From positions 24,342 through 88,341 of IMG/VR virus record IMGVR_UViG_3300028030_000007: a DNA stretch of 64,000 bases. One strand, written 5' to 3'. This document shows positions 41,501 to 50,656 of the stretch, one piece after another (the first letter of the stretch is position 1; every line of letters starts with the position of its first letter). The notes below the pieces were generated by a model. That model searched no databases, was not told the origin of the DNA, and saw only the letters and a program-made list of their open reading frames with translations. The translations under genes and the position numbers were made by a program. Source of the stretch: a virus.

Positions 41501-41882
41501 CTACATACCTCAACTTTCTAAATATAACAATAAAGTTTATATGTCATCGGAGCCACTTATATATTCAACCGTTGAGTATGGGTCAAATGATGGACAATTC
41601 TCGGCGGTTTATGTTGATGATATCATGATGACAATGGTAACTAATCTTAATAAAATAGGAGAGAGTAACAAAAATTGCTATATCTCCGGTAGTGATGGTG
41701 TTACTATAAGTGGATACTCAGGTGATACATCAAACAGAGCGTTCATATCAATAAATGACGATGATGAGCACGAATACAGATGTACATATGTCATATACGG
41801 TGATACACAAACCATAGACATAGACACATCAGATATGGAGTACATAGTGCCAGGTAATGTATCGATTACCTATACATACTAA
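38598..41882 (+). CDS. Baseplate J / gp6-like wedge protein with N-terminal Ig/Fn3-like domains
   Basis: LIPGSTIREIHIEP, LSENFGVTR, PGSSGNLPAGAI, VNKNAAYGGADEMTN, GTIGGY...VPGVTDV, GGKVDVYVRG, IGEPIYQSDII...VTGVD. Confidence 0.85.
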   Translation: MASTPVVSVFDNNYVESLSFYTNSQDVFIHGIIDSNAVDVQVSIDGGQYTSDSSLVKIDGTSITVPNPDSFQDGYELHDGSNEIKIRSIDINGSASQAAVVSINYISSSPTMYYPPSGVYVKRNSNDVEVFWSITGNVSKLVGFNVYASTLPGGLGSGYLKLNLNTVPSDSIYDTKAQYDEIDSISYTSIDTTNGYLNIKSSVSSLINPTNETTKTINSIDVLDYSAVKLDVTVSETTLTNVYRFVHDRSGLASKGILNSDTFDAVNTEDDIYYVVTALYKDSNNNVYESAYSIEISGKPLNMDSTIVGIDIRSDSDISTSYIQYIQSTNPELSLIPGSTIREIHIEPLANEVQKVYFLADFVHRSKSFHALLQIDDPNRTGQSIPVDNSQYKISLRNALNTSDNVAVQTLIDAAFSSLSENFGVTRGGKTAASVIQTFYTTTRPTKDIKISVDTIVGSSSSPQSPRFYSKGVYYMYYSDIDSYYNSDEDRYEIDVEMYAEWPGSSGNLPAGAIDSVLSNDIGFKTVNKNAAYGGADEMTNTQLAEAAMRKLTSLDTGTIGGYMDTAASVPGVTDVIVVESGSDYMMRDWDEVRGKHIGGKVDVYVRGSIDRTITQMFAFKSMEAKSMRFDVIDPVNLIFRSFDTNLNSNNTIVKLISLTNNTVSSSYDIVGYKILDYNTIQLSSTVSQPVTTVDDFVVGNYLYSVNKYIPTIQPIERIVSLTGEITGQLEEDIDYKLYKSEDLLLLGGSTKASDYVSVTNLNSQQIHVSDESHVLVDLFEQPLGKVGVDVSSVVVTDSGSITTYKGYGYPDPDYEVDDTGNRVTIRRTVGSAIPNGSTVLISYDYNENFVIEYVVNDVVQRVDDEIQKMRHTTADVVVKSAFENYVDLACTVILRQGASKSEVDSQIRTELTTLSTSRKIGEPIYQSDIIGRMENVTGVDFIVQPLQRFTLGDGSMRFMETVMETMIYIPQLSKYNNKVYMSSEPLIYSTVEYGSNDGQFSAVYVDDIMMTMVTNLNKIGESNKNCYISGSDGVTISGYSGDTSNRAFISINDDDEHEYRCTYVIYGDTQTIDIDTSDMEYIVPGNVSITYTY

Positions 41883-41893
41883 GACATTTTTAG

Positions 41894-41901
41894 TGTATAG
41901 T
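41894..41901 (+). promoter_or_regulatory. TGTANNNT motif, 4 nt before ATG 41906
   Basis: TGTATAGT-ttgt-ATG. Confidence 0.55.
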
Positions 41902-41905
41902 TTGT

Positions 41906-44900
41906 ATGGCTAGCTCATATGATATAATGTCCATGTCGGACAGAACAATATTTGTAAATGAAGGAACGATAGTTAAAAAATCAGAGGCTATAATAACAGG
42001 ATCATCGTTTGATATAGTAAGCCCAAATACAATCGATCTTAATACAACCGTGGGTAGTGTTGACGGTTATTCAATATATATAGCTACGTTAGGCGAAACA
42101 GAAATCCTAGCCGCTTCTGGTAGTCAGTTAATACTAGATACAATACTAAATATAACCGATGAATATGCTACCCAATCTAACCTAATAAATAGCACAAATT
42201 CCCTTGTAAATTGTTTAAACTATCACTTAAATGACATCTCGTCCCATGATAATACATGTGATAGCATATCAGGAACATGTAATAGTTTATCGACATGCGT
42301 CACTCTGTTAGGTCAGATTCAACAGGCTCTAATAGATCATATAAACAATAAGAATTGTGAGTGTCATTGTGTCGTATCAACAATCCCTGTTTTCAACTCG
42401 ATACAACCTACCCTAAATTCCTGTGAATATGCATATAAGGAAACGTTGAAAGCTATAAACGACCACTTGGACGATTCAACGTGCCATCTGTTTCTTGACA
42501 CGACAGCACACACATACTTAGTTGATTACTCTCACGTGAACGTAACGTCCATGTCTCACAACTGGACGATCTACAATATGCACACCGGACAATGGGCGGA
42601 CAGCCCATCGGACGTCACGGTAAAGATAAACGGAACTGAGGTTACAGCCCAGTATGTGTTTGGGAAGATAGGGGCCGTTGTTCTTCCCTCAAAGCCTGCT
42701 CCTACAGATACGGTAACGATTACATACTGGTATTTAGTTAACGGCGGTTCCTACCTTCAAACATGTGAATGGGAATCGCAGACCAATCAGTGGGAAAACT
42801 TCGCCAAATCTGGAATTCCATCCCATAAATACAGACTCCGTGGATACTTAGTTGATCCGTCAAATAAAACAGAACTGTTGGCATCACCGATTGAGCCAAC
42901 ATCCGTTGGATGGAAATACAAAGCGATAGAAAAAGAATACGCGGCTGTTTTGAATGATCCAACATCTCTCATTCAAAACATGTGGGACGGTGCTTATACG
43001 GCTTTGGATGAAACTATAAAAGAGTACACAACAAAGGTCAACAATAAAACAACGTCCGGTGATTATAAAACTATAAATCTGCCTATTTACACCGATAGCG
43101 TAGTGTCAGTAGCGTGGAGAAATCGAATAACCTCGGTTAATCTTACCGGTGATTTTACAGGGGTGTCAGTTCTTGTAGTAAATGAGAGTCGATGCGCACT
43201 GTTTGGATATTTACAGGCAGAGCCTAGTAACCTAAAAACAGCAATAAGGACGGCTAATGATATAAAACACGCATTTAATGCGCACATTCTTGAGTCGGAC
43301 TCGCACAAAAAAGTAGACACCACTGATACGTTAATTTATGCTGACGCTAGTGATCTAGACTCTCTTGTTCGTCTTGTCGATGAACTTACAACAAAACTAC
43401 CAGCGCACTCAATTAACACAGATTATCATGTAAACGCGGATCCCACTCCAACGTCTTATGGACCGGTAACGGATCTGCAGTCATCTATAGACAACCTGGT
43501 GCTACTTCGATCAAGATTCAATGATCATATGTCGGTGAATCTTGTTCACATAGTTCAACCAATTACAGGTCAAGTTGATAAACCGACTTCAATCGGTATG
43601 TTAACAAATAAAGATCGTCTAGAGTATTCAGACGGATGGGACTTGTATCCCATTGATTTTGATGAAGAGACATCATTTCGTACATATAGCATAGATGGAA
43701 AAATATATCTATATAAATCCGGTGATACACAACCTATAATTTCAGGAAACATTAATACAGATATTTCAGATATCCCGATACAACTCGATGAACTACATCA
43801 GTTAGTATATGGATCAATCATGGGATCTTCTGTGTCGGAGTGGACGTTGGTAATGACTAACGTAAACCCGGTAGTAGATACCAACATACTAAAGACTAAA
43901 TCCGTTACATACGATGGTAGCATTAAACCACAAGAAAGCGATCCTCCGTGGTTTAACTTTGGACATTCTGATCATATCATAGATTCCAGTGAATTATCAA
44001 TTCTAAACTCTTATATAGATGAAAATCTTGACCTAACATCTTATGGATACTTCAGCGGTTATTATCGATTTGAACCAATAATAAATGAAAAGGCAAACGT
44101 AGCCATAGAAGCTGAAATCTCAGTTCCATGGAACGCTTCAGGAATCAGTAATAAATCAAACGGACTGTATATAAACAATCGTGACATCTATACATCACTT
44201 AACTTCTTATATTATGACCCAATTTCAGCGTCAGTAACAGGAACGGTCCCTAGCTCTTCATTTATAAATGTTAGCACATATGACAAACTATCAATTAGGA
44301 TCGATGATTCATATATAGTAGACATAGTAAATGGTGGCCCGGCAATAACATCGTTAACTAGTCTAGTTAGTTTTATAAACTCTGAATACGGTGACACGAT
44401 AGCGTATTCAAAAACTGTTGGGGCTAACACATACTTAAACATTAGATCGACCACAAAAGGGCACAACTCTAGAGTTTCAATATATCAAAGTGAAATAGCG
44501 TCGAAAACTGGTCTTGCCGTTGGTGATTATTATGGACAAGACTTTGAGACTATCCCACAATTTTCATACTCACCGTTTAAACTACCAACAGATCTTGGAT
44601 GGACTAAAAACGGGTCTCAACAGTCATACGTTAGATCTGAGTCCTTAGTATTGAATGACACATCAGATTCCGACTATATTAGCTATGCTAACTATATCCC
44701 AACACAAGTAGATAATATATTTGAAAGTAATATATCATGGTCTATAGGATTCATGATAAACATTGAATCGTATACAGCTGGCGACACTGTAGCTCCCGGT
44801 GAAGATCTTCTCGGTCCGATCGTATCGATAGATGAAGGCTCGTCCGGAATAACCGTTGATTTTGCGTTTACTACAAACGGTCTTTCCATTCTATCATATA

Positions 44901-47749
44901 ATAGCGCGACAAGTTCTGTTGATTATATAGGAACAATAACAGCGGACGTGACAAATGGATTTCATTCAATTGAAATCATGTCCAATAAATCATCACATAT
45001 AATCTTAATAATAATAGACGGTGTTGCATCAGCTCCGTTACCACTATGGTTATTAAATAGTGGGGTTGGTCCAAGAATGATATCGTTCGGTAGCGGAATG
45101 TCAACTATTGGCGGTATTGATTTCAGTAAATCAAAATCCGTGTCAAAATTTAGAAGTATATACGCATTCGATAACACTAACTTTGCGTACTCAAGTTATG
45201 TGGATAAACTTTACGTCGGGCTATATAAAGGCGGAAATCCGTCATATCTAGATTCATATCATTACATGAAATTTGACTATACGTCAAATCATACGTATAG
45301 ATTAGTCTTGTCACCAATAAAGACAGTTGATTTGTTCATTGACGGATCTGACGTCCCCTCACTCTCCATACAGTATGATAAAATATCATTCACACCATCC
45401 AAGTACGGAATACTAAACTTTGTATCTGGAGTGGATAGATATGTTGCGTTTGGATCATTTGACAACACAACAGTATCAAAAATGGTGGTATCTAGCGTCA
45501 AATACTCTGTCGGAATACTTAATGATTATAACTTCACACCACAAAGAGATCATTTACTAAATTATGCTAACATTATAACATCTCCTGACCATCTGTTTAC
45601 TACAGTATCACACGGTCATTACAACACAAGCATAATATCAAACGGAACTCCATCGGATGAGTTTTTATCTGATAATAGTGTAGATTCCTATATAAATTTG
45701 ATGAAAGGAACACCAATAATAGAAAAAACTCAAAGTCTTGAGTATAGAGGTGGGTTAAAAAAGACAGTAACAAAAACATCAAGTGCACTACCTGAAAACT
45801 TTATCTACAGTGGCGGGTACATACGAAACTTTGTTAATGATTCGTCAACGGTAAGTTGTACAATAGACACCGTTTCTAACGTTCAAACGTCTCTCCAATC
45901 AGAGGCTAATGCATTGAAAGCCGCATATAACATTCATATACCAGATACAACCTATCATAATGTAGCTGACGGCCTTAATAGCATAACATCCCCTAATAGC
46001 ACAAATCTAGCTAGTTTAATAACACTATTGAATGAGATGAAGGGTGATATTAATAATCATATATCAGATACAACTTATCATTATTTTATAGATAGCATAT
46101 CAATTACAAGCCCGAACGCTACTGATTTGTTGTCATGTATAACACTATTCAATGATATAAATGAGGTTTATACACGTCACATAGACTCCGGTAAAGTGCA
46201 TAATTATGATGACATTTCAGACACAATAACAACTCCTAACGCGACATCAGTTCAAGAGGCGGCTGTTTTAGTGCAGTCGATGCTAATTCCGTTTAGATAT
46301 CACGGTGATGAAACCTTAACCGGTTTCGCGTGGCACCACAAGCAAAAAGATTTAAACACCGGAATCGGTAATAGCATAATCGGTCTTGGACAATTTAGAG
46401 TGTACTCTACGTCACATCTTGATATGATATATGTTTATGAAATGAATCTGGATGTTGGTGATGTTATCAGACCGATAGATGGTGTAAACGCTGGCACTAC
46501 ATTTACTATATCACAAGTTATTGACGCTAGCGCGCGTCTGTATAGACTATCATCAAGTATGGTGCATGAAGCTTCAAATAGATATTTTGAGATATACAGT
46601 GGGTCTGTTTCATCTATACAGAAATCGTCTATTATTACCATATTGAAAAAATTGATCAAGGCTTATGATGACCATTATATCAATGAAAATTATCATTATA
46701 ACCCACACGGAATCCATGTAGATGACATTGATTTTATAACAGACTCGGACATCATAAATAAATCGAACGAGCTTAAATACGCGTTTAATGAACACCTACT
46801 ATATAATCTAGAGCATAAACAAAAAGACACTACTAACGTAGGGTCGTCCATAGTATTCAATGATCCTGTTCAAAACGGTATTGATTGTGCGAATTCCCTT
46901 AAAACCGTGTTTAATGAACATTTAGGGAACACAAATTCTCACGTTTTATCTGATTATGTGAATGTCATTGATGACACATGCACAAGTTCTAACTTCATAT
47001 CATTTGTAAACAATTTCAAGAAGTTACATAACCAGCATTTATCACAAGTCATAGATGAATCGAATGTTCACGTAACGAATGACACGACGAACATCATATC
47101 AACCGTAGATGCGACAGATAATGATACCGCACTAACATTACTTAATGATGTATATCACAAATTACTGACGCACTTCACACAATCAGGTGTCCATGGATCG
47201 TCAGTGTTTATCAGTTACTCACTGCCATCAAGAATACTGTATGATAGAATAAAAATATGGGAAAAGGAAACCGGTGACGGAGCCGATTTGTCAACAATAA
47301 GCGATGATGACACACTATACATGAATGGACAGTTCTTTAATACAACACAGACTGTTACTTATGGAATATATGAAGGTGCGGATTTTAACACTGAGTTCGA
47401 ATACTCAGATGATCATGGTGCGTATACATATGATCATAAAATACAATCAACATCATCATTTGAATTTACTGTTGTGGTGTCACCAGATGAATCTGAACTT
47501 GAGTATGGGTTCACGATGGATAATGGGAAGTTCATTAAGTTAAAGTTAGGTATCACACAGTTGGAAATTCCTGTTGTAAGATTACTTGACGCCAATGATA
47601 AAATATTGTATGAAGAAGTGTTTGAATGGTGGATGGGTACTTATATATATACAATAGATTATAATAGTAATGATAATACAATAGGCTTAACAATAAATAA
47701 ATCTTATGGTGATGACGGTGGTAAAGGTGATGACGGTGGTGGAAAATGA
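41906..47749 (+). CDS. Very large tail fibre or baseplate protein (1947 aa) with 15 H-x6-H helical repeats and lectin-like beta domains
   Basis: Follows baseplate J and shares beta-sandwich and His-repeat modules with the sheath. Exact role unknown. Confidence 0.65.
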   Translation: MASSYDIMSMSDRTIFVNEGTIVKKSEAIITGSSFDIVSPNTIDLNTTVGSVDGYSIYIATLGETEILAASGSQLILDTILNITDEYATQSNLINSTNSLVNCLNYHLNDISSHDNTCDSISGTCNSLSTCVTLLGQIQQALIDHINNKNCECHCVVSTIPVFNSIQPTLNSCEYAYKETLKAINDHLDDSTCHLFLDTTAHTYLVDYSHVNVTSMSHNWTIYNMHTGQWADSPSDVTVKINGTEVTAQYVFGKIGAVVLPSKPAPTDTVTITYWYLVNGGSYLQTCEWESQTNQWENFAKSGIPSHKYRLRGYLVDPSNKTELLASPIEPTSVGWKYKAIEKEYAAVLNDPTSLIQNMWDGAYTALDETIKEYTTKVNNKTTSGDYKTINLPIYTDSVVSVAWRNRITSVNLTGDFTGVSVLVVNESRCALFGYLQAEPSNLKTAIRTANDIKHAFNAHILESDSHKKVDTTDTLIYADASDLDSLVRLVDELTTKLPAHSINTDYHVNADPTPTSYGPVTDLQSSIDNLVLLRSRFNDHMSVNLVHIVQPITGQVDKPTSIGMLTNKDRLEYSDGWDLYPIDFDEETSFRTYSIDGKIYLYKSGDTQPIISGNINTDISDIPIQLDELHQLVYGSIMGSSVSEWTLVMTNVNPVVDTNILKTKSVTYDGSIKPQESDPPWFNFGHSDHIIDSSELSILNSYIDENLDLTSYGYFSGYYRFEPIINEKANVAIEAEISVPWNASGISNKSNGLYINNRDIYTSLNFLYYDPISASVTGTVPSSSFINVSTYDKLSIRIDDSYIVDIVNGGPAITSLTSLVSFINSEYGDTIAYSKTVGANTYLNIRSTTKGHNSRVSIYQSEIASKTGLAVGDYYGQDFETIPQFSYSPFKLPTDLGWTKNGSQQSYVRSESLVLNDTSDSDYISYANYIPTQVDNIFESNISWSIGFMINIESYTAGDTVAPGEDLLGPIVSIDEGSSGITVDFAFTTNGLSILSYNSATSSVDYIGTITADVTNGFHSIEIMSNKSSHIILIIIDGVASAPLPLWLLNSGVGPRMISFGSGMSTIGGIDFSKSKSVSKFRSIYAFDNTNFAYSSYVDKLYVGLYKGGNPSYLDSYHYMKFDYTSNHTYRLVLSPIKTVDLFIDGSDVPSLSIQYDKISFTPSKYGILNFVSGVDRYVAFGSFDNTTVSKMVVSSVKYSVGILNDYNFTPQRDHLLNYANIITSPDHLFTTVSHGHYNTSIISNGTPSDEFLSDNSVDSYINLMKGTPIIEKTQSLEYRGGLKKTVTKTSSALPENFIYSGGYIRNFVNDSSTVSCTIDTVSNVQTSLQSEANALKAAYNIHIPDTTYHNVADGLNSITSPNSTNLASLITLLNEMKGDINNHISDTTYHYFIDSISITSPNATDLLSCITLFNDINEVYTRHIDSGKVHNYDDISDTITTPNATSVQEAAVLVQSMLIPFRYHGDETLTGFAWHHKQKDLNTGIGNSIIGLGQFRVYSTSHLDMIYVYEMNLDVGDVIRPIDGVNAGTTFTISQVIDASARLYRLSSSMVHEASNRYFEIYSGSVSSIQKSSIITILKKLIKAYDDHYINENYHYNPHGIHVDDIDFITDSDIINKSNELKYAFNEHLLYNLEHKQKDTTNVGSSIVFNDPVQNGIDCANSLKTVFNEHLGNTNSHVLSDYVNVIDDTCTSSNFISFVNNFKKLHNQHLSQVIDESNVHVTNDTTNIISTVDATDNDTALTLLNDVYHKLLTHFTQSGVHGSSVFISYSLPSRILYDRIKIWEKETGDGADLSTISDDDTLYMNGQFFNTTQTVTYGIYEGADFNTEFEYSDDHGAYTYDHKIQSTSSFEFTVVVSPDESELEYGFTMDNGKFIKLKLGITQLEIPVVRLLDANDKILYEEVFEWWMGTYIYTIDYNSNDNTIGLTINKSYGDDGGKGDDGGGK

Positions 47750-47758
47750 GGAGGCAGT

Positions 47759-48088
47759 ATGATAATACTAGGAACTAGATGTTGTTCGATACCGATTTCT
47801 TCTATAGCCGCATCATCATCGACTCCAGGAATGATGTACACCACGGAGCCGGGAATACTGTTAGTAACGTATCTGGCCAATGACACATACGAAACCGGCG
47901 AAAAAAGAATGGAGACAAAACCGTTTATCGTTGGACCACCAACAGCGGCCAGAAACTTCCCTCCAAATTTTGATATGACACACTATATGCCAATAACAAA
48001 TTCTGATGAGTATGGTATAATAAATACTAAAACTGGAGTTGAAGGAACGTTAGACGACGGAGTTACAATAACAAAACTTGTTGTTTAG
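47759..48088 (+). CDS. Hypothetical protein, in frame with 41906..47749 across a single TGA
   Basis: GAGGAGG Shine-Dalgarno; 109 aa. Confidence 0.55.
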   Translation: MIILGTRCCSIPISSIAASSSTPGMMYTTEPGILLVTYLANDTYETGEKRMETKPFIVGPPTAARNFPPNFDMTHYMPITNSDEYGIINTKTGVEGTLDDGVTITKLVV

Positions 48089-48097
48089 GAAACTATC

Positions 48098-48667
48098 ATG
48101 AACATAGAAAGATTCATTCCCATAAAAAAGGGTGAGATTTTTTGGACGTTAACACTACCGGACGGTAGTGAAAAATCCGGGAAGTTAATAAACAAAGTAA
48201 CGTTGGACTCATCGGTCGTCATCGCTAGGCTTATGAGCGGGGCGTCAACTAACGGTGTTGTAGCTTTAGCAGTAGGAACGGGTGATGGGGCTTGGGATCC
48301 GCTTAACCCACCGGCGGCTACTAAGTATCAAAGATCACTCTATAATGAGATTTCAAGAAAAGCATATAGTTCAACGCAATTCATAGATTCGTCAGGTACG
48401 GTGTCTGTTGTCCCCACTAATATCGTCGATTACATTTTTACCTTCGGCGCTTCAGAAGCCGTAGGTCAACTAACTGAAATGGGTCTTCTCGGTGGTGATA
48501 TAAACTCAAACATGGCCATTACAAACCCGATAACACCCCCTAACGGGTCATACGATCCAACGGTCGATATAACAGGGAAAGACGCTTTGATTAACTACAT
48601 CACGTTCCCTGTGATCACTAAACCAGTCGGATCAACACTTTCGTGGACATGGAGACTTACTTTCTAG
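48098..48667 (+). CDS. Tail-fibre attachment / baseplate protein (tail-collar-fibre N-terminal-like fold)
   Basis: ALAVGTGDG...LYNEISRK...FTFGASEAVGQLTEMGLLG...INYITFPVITK...WTWRLTF. Confidence 0.7.
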   Translation: MNIERFIPIKKGEIFWTLTLPDGSEKSGKLINKVTLDSSVVIARLMSGASTNGVVALAVGTGDGAWDPLNPPAATKYQRSLYNEISRKAYSSTQFIDSSGTVSVVPTNIVDYIFTFGASEAVGQLTEMGLLGGDINSNMAITNPITPPNGSYDPTVDITGKDALINYITFPVITKPVGSTLSWTWRLTF

Positions 48668-48680
48668 GGTATAGTTTCAT

Positions 48681-49265
48681 GTGAATGATCTCAACGTACT
48701 AGTAATCGAATCCGAATCAATAATCAAAAGAATAGTAGGCTCCTGCAGTATTGAGGCTATAAAACAAGATAGCCCGTGCATGAGTTGTAACAAATCATAC
48801 TGTTGTAAAAGAAATATTACTATAACACTTCTTGAGGGACTTGTAATAGTAAAATATCTTAGACAATCAGGAGATTTGCCACGTGTTATAAAAATATGTG
48901 AGTCATACTTGAAAAAATATAAGAACGTGAATGACTTGGCGTGGTTTACCTCCGAGATACCGTGTCCTCTACTCAAAGACAGTAAGTGCTTGGCTTATGA
49001 GGTTAGGCCAATTGAATGCGCGTCTCATCTTGTAAGGTCAAAACCGTTTTTATGTACACCACGATCTTCCGATGAATACGAACGAATAAACATGGAAGAC
49101 GTTATATATAAGGATGTCCTTGAATTGTTAAAATTAACAGAAGATAGAGCACTAGTAGCACAATTACCACTTTATGAGGCTATACTAATATCATCATATA
49201 TAATGAAGTATATATCAATAAAACCTGATACTGATGATTCTATACTATCTAATTTTAATCTCTAG
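48681..49265 (+). CDS. YkgJ/CxxCxxCC-family Fe-S or Zn cluster protein
   Basis: CMSCNKSYCC...CPLLKDSKCLAYEVRPIECASH...C; GTG start. Confidence 0.85.
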   Translation: MNDLNVLVIESESIIKRIVGSCSIEAIKQDSPCMSCNKSYCCKRNITITLLEGLVIVKYLRQSGDLPRVIKICESYLKKYKNVNDLAWFTSEIPCPLLKDSKCLAYEVRPIECASHLVRSKPFLCTPRSSDEYERINMEDVIYKDVLELLKLTEDRALVAQLPLYEAILISSYIMKYISIKPDTDDSILSNFNL

Positions 49266-49547
49266 TACCTTTGGCTTATTCAATTTTTTGATGGCTTTAT
49301 CAGTTTCACTTTCAATGAATTTGATAGATTGAGACACTAGTTCATATCTTTTTCTTAATTGTTCATTATAAGTGTCATTCATGTCCGGATGGTATACACG
49401 CATAAGGGCTTTAGCTACCTTTTTAGCGTATACAAGGTCAAACATAAGTATTTTAGCCCTATCGTCATTAGTCTTGCATGACTTGATGATCTTTATGACA
49501 TCATCAGGATCCCTCCCTAACGCTATCCATGCAGTTCTAAAGTCCAT
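49245..49547 (-). CDS. Small J-domain (DnaJ-like) protein
   Basis: AWIALG...AKKVAKALMRVYHPDMN...RYELVSQS: HPD motif in a J-domain helix context. Confidence 0.75.
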   Translation of the reverse strand: MDFRTAWIALGRDPDDVIKIIKSCKTNDDRAKILMFDLVYAKKVAKALMRVYHPDMNDTYNEQLRKRYELVSQSIKFIESETDKAIKKLNKPKVLEIKIR

Positions 49548-49581
49548 ACTATTAATGATCTAAAAAAATTTAAATAACAAA

Positions 49582-49589
49582 TGTAATAT
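49582..49589 (+). promoter_or_regulatory. TGTANNNT motif, 4 nt before the sigma factor ATG
   Basis: TGTAATAT-attt-ATG. Confidence 0.5.
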
Positions 49590-49593
49590 ATTT

Positions 49594-50181
49594 ATGCAAT
49601 TTTGTATTCAATCTTCCGGAGGGACTGTTGACATGGAACCAGAGATATCGATGGGAATAAACGTTGAACAAAAAATGGAGGATATTAAAAAGATTGTGTA
49701 CAAATACTTCCATGTCCCTAACATTCCTATGGATGATCTTGTTCAAGAGGTGTATGTAGCGATACTGCATAAGAATAATGGGAAATCCGCGCATAATCCA
49801 ACGAAATCATCGTTCGGTCATTATGTGTATATGGTAGCAAATAACGTATCAACTAATATGGTAAATAGAAATAGAAGAAAATTTGGTAATACACTATCAC
49901 TAGATTATGTATCGTCAGATGAAAAACCGATGATAGAATCCATAACGTATGAAATGAACATGATGGACTCAAGCCACGTGGACTCGATAGAAAAGTCTCT
50001 TATGGAGATGGGAGAGTGGGAACTCGCTAGGTATGTAAGATCCGTAAGATCCGGCGCTAAACAAGCGGATATAAGACGAGCGATGAGTTATAATGGTATT
50101 GTTATGGATAAGATAAAAATAAGAAAAATTCGTTCAAGGATTTCTAAGATGCTAGAAAATGGGATGATAAAACTGTCATGA
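49594..50181 (+). CDS. Phage RNA polymerase sigma factor (sigma70/ECF-like)
   Basis: Region-2-like DDLVQEVYVAIL...HNPTKSSFGHYVYMVANN...NMVNR, then LSLD and an HTH-like C-terminus. Confidence 0.75.
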   Translation: MQFCIQSSGGTVDMEPEISMGINVEQKMEDIKKIVYKYFHVPNIPMDDLVQEVYVAILHKNNGKSAHNPTKSSFGHYVYMVANNVSTNMVNRNRRKFGNTLSLDYVSSDEKPMIESITYEMNMMDSSHVDSIEKSLMEMGEWELARYVRSVRSGAKQADIRRAMSYNGIVMDKIKIRKIRSRISKMLENGMIKLS

Positions 50182-50654
50182 AAAAAGATTTCATACAACA
50201 GTGCATGCAAGAGACAATGAGCGCCGCCAAATCGACCATACCGATCAATGAATTTACTATGGCGTTCTGTTCAAAGTGTTTCAATCCGGATTGTACAAGA
50301 AGCATGCACGGAGATACAAAATTCGATTATAGAACCCAAAATTGGGAATCAATACTGTTTAAAGATGCAAAGATAATAGACAAAACAGATCCACTGTTTG
50401 ATCAGTTAACTAACCCGAATTTCATCCCCATAGGAGCGTCGCCTAAAAAACCTAAAGCACCTAACAAGGGATTTGTCAGTAAAGAACCAAAAAAGAAAGA
50501 AAACAAGCCGATCGAAATCGAAAAACAAGAGGACCTCATTGAAAAAACAATGATGAACACGCCCCTTCAAGAGAAAATTATAATACAAGATAGTGAAAAA
50601 GATACTGAAGAAATAACAATAAAACCAGGACAAACATTTAAGTTTGGTGAGTAA
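50178..50654 (+). CDS. Hypothetical Cys-motif protein
   Basis: C...CSKC...C pattern; ATGA overlap. Confidence 0.6.
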   Translation: MKKDFIQQCMQETMSAAKSTIPINEFTMAFCSKCFNPDCTRSMHGDTKFDYRTQNWESILFKDAKIIDKTDPLFDQLTNPNFIPIGASPKKPKAPNKGFVSKEPKKKENKPIEIEKQEDLIEKTMMNTPLQEKIIIQDSEKDTEEITIKPGQTFKFGE

Positions 50655-50656
50655 CG

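Noticed and set aside
6741-48667. Bacterial eCIS, tailocin or T6SS locus
   Set aside because: It is contiguous with phage-type replication genes at uniform gene density, with no host housekeeping context or T6SS membrane complex; a phage explains it better even though head genes are outside the window.
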